The notes under the pieces were generated by a model. That model saw only the letters and a list, made by a program, of their open reading frames with translations. It made no database searches and was not told where the DNA came from. 16,008 nt of DNA from Desulfobacterales bacterium (lineage in GTDB: Bacteria; Desulfobacterota; Desulfobacteria; Desulfobacterales; UBA5616). Numbering within the stretch: position 1 is the stretch's first letter; each line of letters opens with the position of its first letter. Shown here piece after piece: positions 15,445-16,008 of this stretch. The position numbers and the translations under genes were made by a program. Location of the stretch: assembly GCA_046483495.1 (NCBI GenBank), contig JAWODC010000010.1, forward strand, positions 1 through 16,008, given 5' to 3'.

Positions 15445-15614
15445 TACAGCTACTTTTATTTTGGGAATACGCTGAAGCTGCGGCTGGCTGAAAAAAATCA
15501 ACGATCATATAATATATCAAATAGTTAGAGTGCAGTTTGCGCTGTAAACTACGGGGCGGAGCTGCCAGTAACATTATCAGCCACAGATCCACACGGACGC
15601 ACACATAGGTTCTG

Positions 15615-15875
15615 ACACGGATTGCAAGGTAAGGGCATTGGATCGGCTCTATTTTAGATAAAAAACTTTGACACGGATTTCCCCGGTGAAACATAAAAAA
15701 ACAGGTTTCACAGGGCAGGCACGGATTGCACGGTTAAAAACAAAGAAAAACGATAGAATAGTGTAAAATCGAAAAGTTTCAATGTTAAGAATGCGGACGC
15801 ACACAGACAAATGAACTATAAAATAAAGCACCGATCCGTTTATATCTTTTAAAGCCGTGCAATCCGTGTCTAAAT
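15615..15875. repeat. Module C (second copy) plus module B right arm
   Basis: Matches 12663-12843; contains ATAAAGCACCGATCCGTTT at 15823. Confidence 0.9.
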
Positions 15876-15968
15876 AAATTCTTTCCGCGCCAAGCGGAAA
15901 GCAAAAGCTTTTCAACCCAAATTCACATCAAAAAAACCAGCGTTCAATCACGCCCATATGTGAGACGG

Positions 15969-16004
15969 TTGACACTGTCTTACTTTTTAACTATATTAGT
16001 AAGA
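15969..16004 (+). promoter_or_regulatory. Sigma70-type promoter with inverted repeat for a gene beyond the window edge
   Basis: TTGACA (15969-15974), 17 bp, TATATT (15992-15997); TCTTACT (15978-15984) / AGTAAGA (15998-16004). Confidence 0.6.
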
Positions 16005-16008
16005 AAAG

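Noticed and set aside
7885..15875. CRISPR array
   Set aside because: Repeats are separated by ~0.4-2.3 kb containing whole genes, not uniform 25-45-bp spacers; no cas genes.

Overview
Bacterial chromosomal window with GC-rich genes. Gene content suggests a marine or halotolerant anaerobe such as a Desulfobacterales-type sulfate reducer (inference). Left half: a DegP/HtrA protease and a flavodoxin-fold/2x[4Fe-4S] protein (+ strand), then an ectoine/hydroxyectoine ABC importer ehuB-C-D-A (- strand). Right half: nucleotide-sugar genes (gmd and a UDP-glucose/GDP-mannose dehydrogenase-family gene) interleaved with three intact type II toxin-antitoxin pairs (Phd/RelE-like and two VapBC), an unannotated Txe/YoeB toxin fragment and a degenerate excisionase-type HTH. 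The unusual feature is the intergenic DNA. Nearly every spacer is a mosaic of the same modules: 7-10-bp tandem repeats in mirrored orientations, a REP-like/G-rich ~130-bp module (5 copies plus 1 partial), an inverted-repeat module with an invariant 19-mer (7 co-oriented copies), ~465-bp and ~180-bp direct repeats, and small hairpins nested inside the tandem repeats. These modules divide the genes into cassette-like units. No transposase, integrase, CRISPR array, tRNA or rRNA was recognised.
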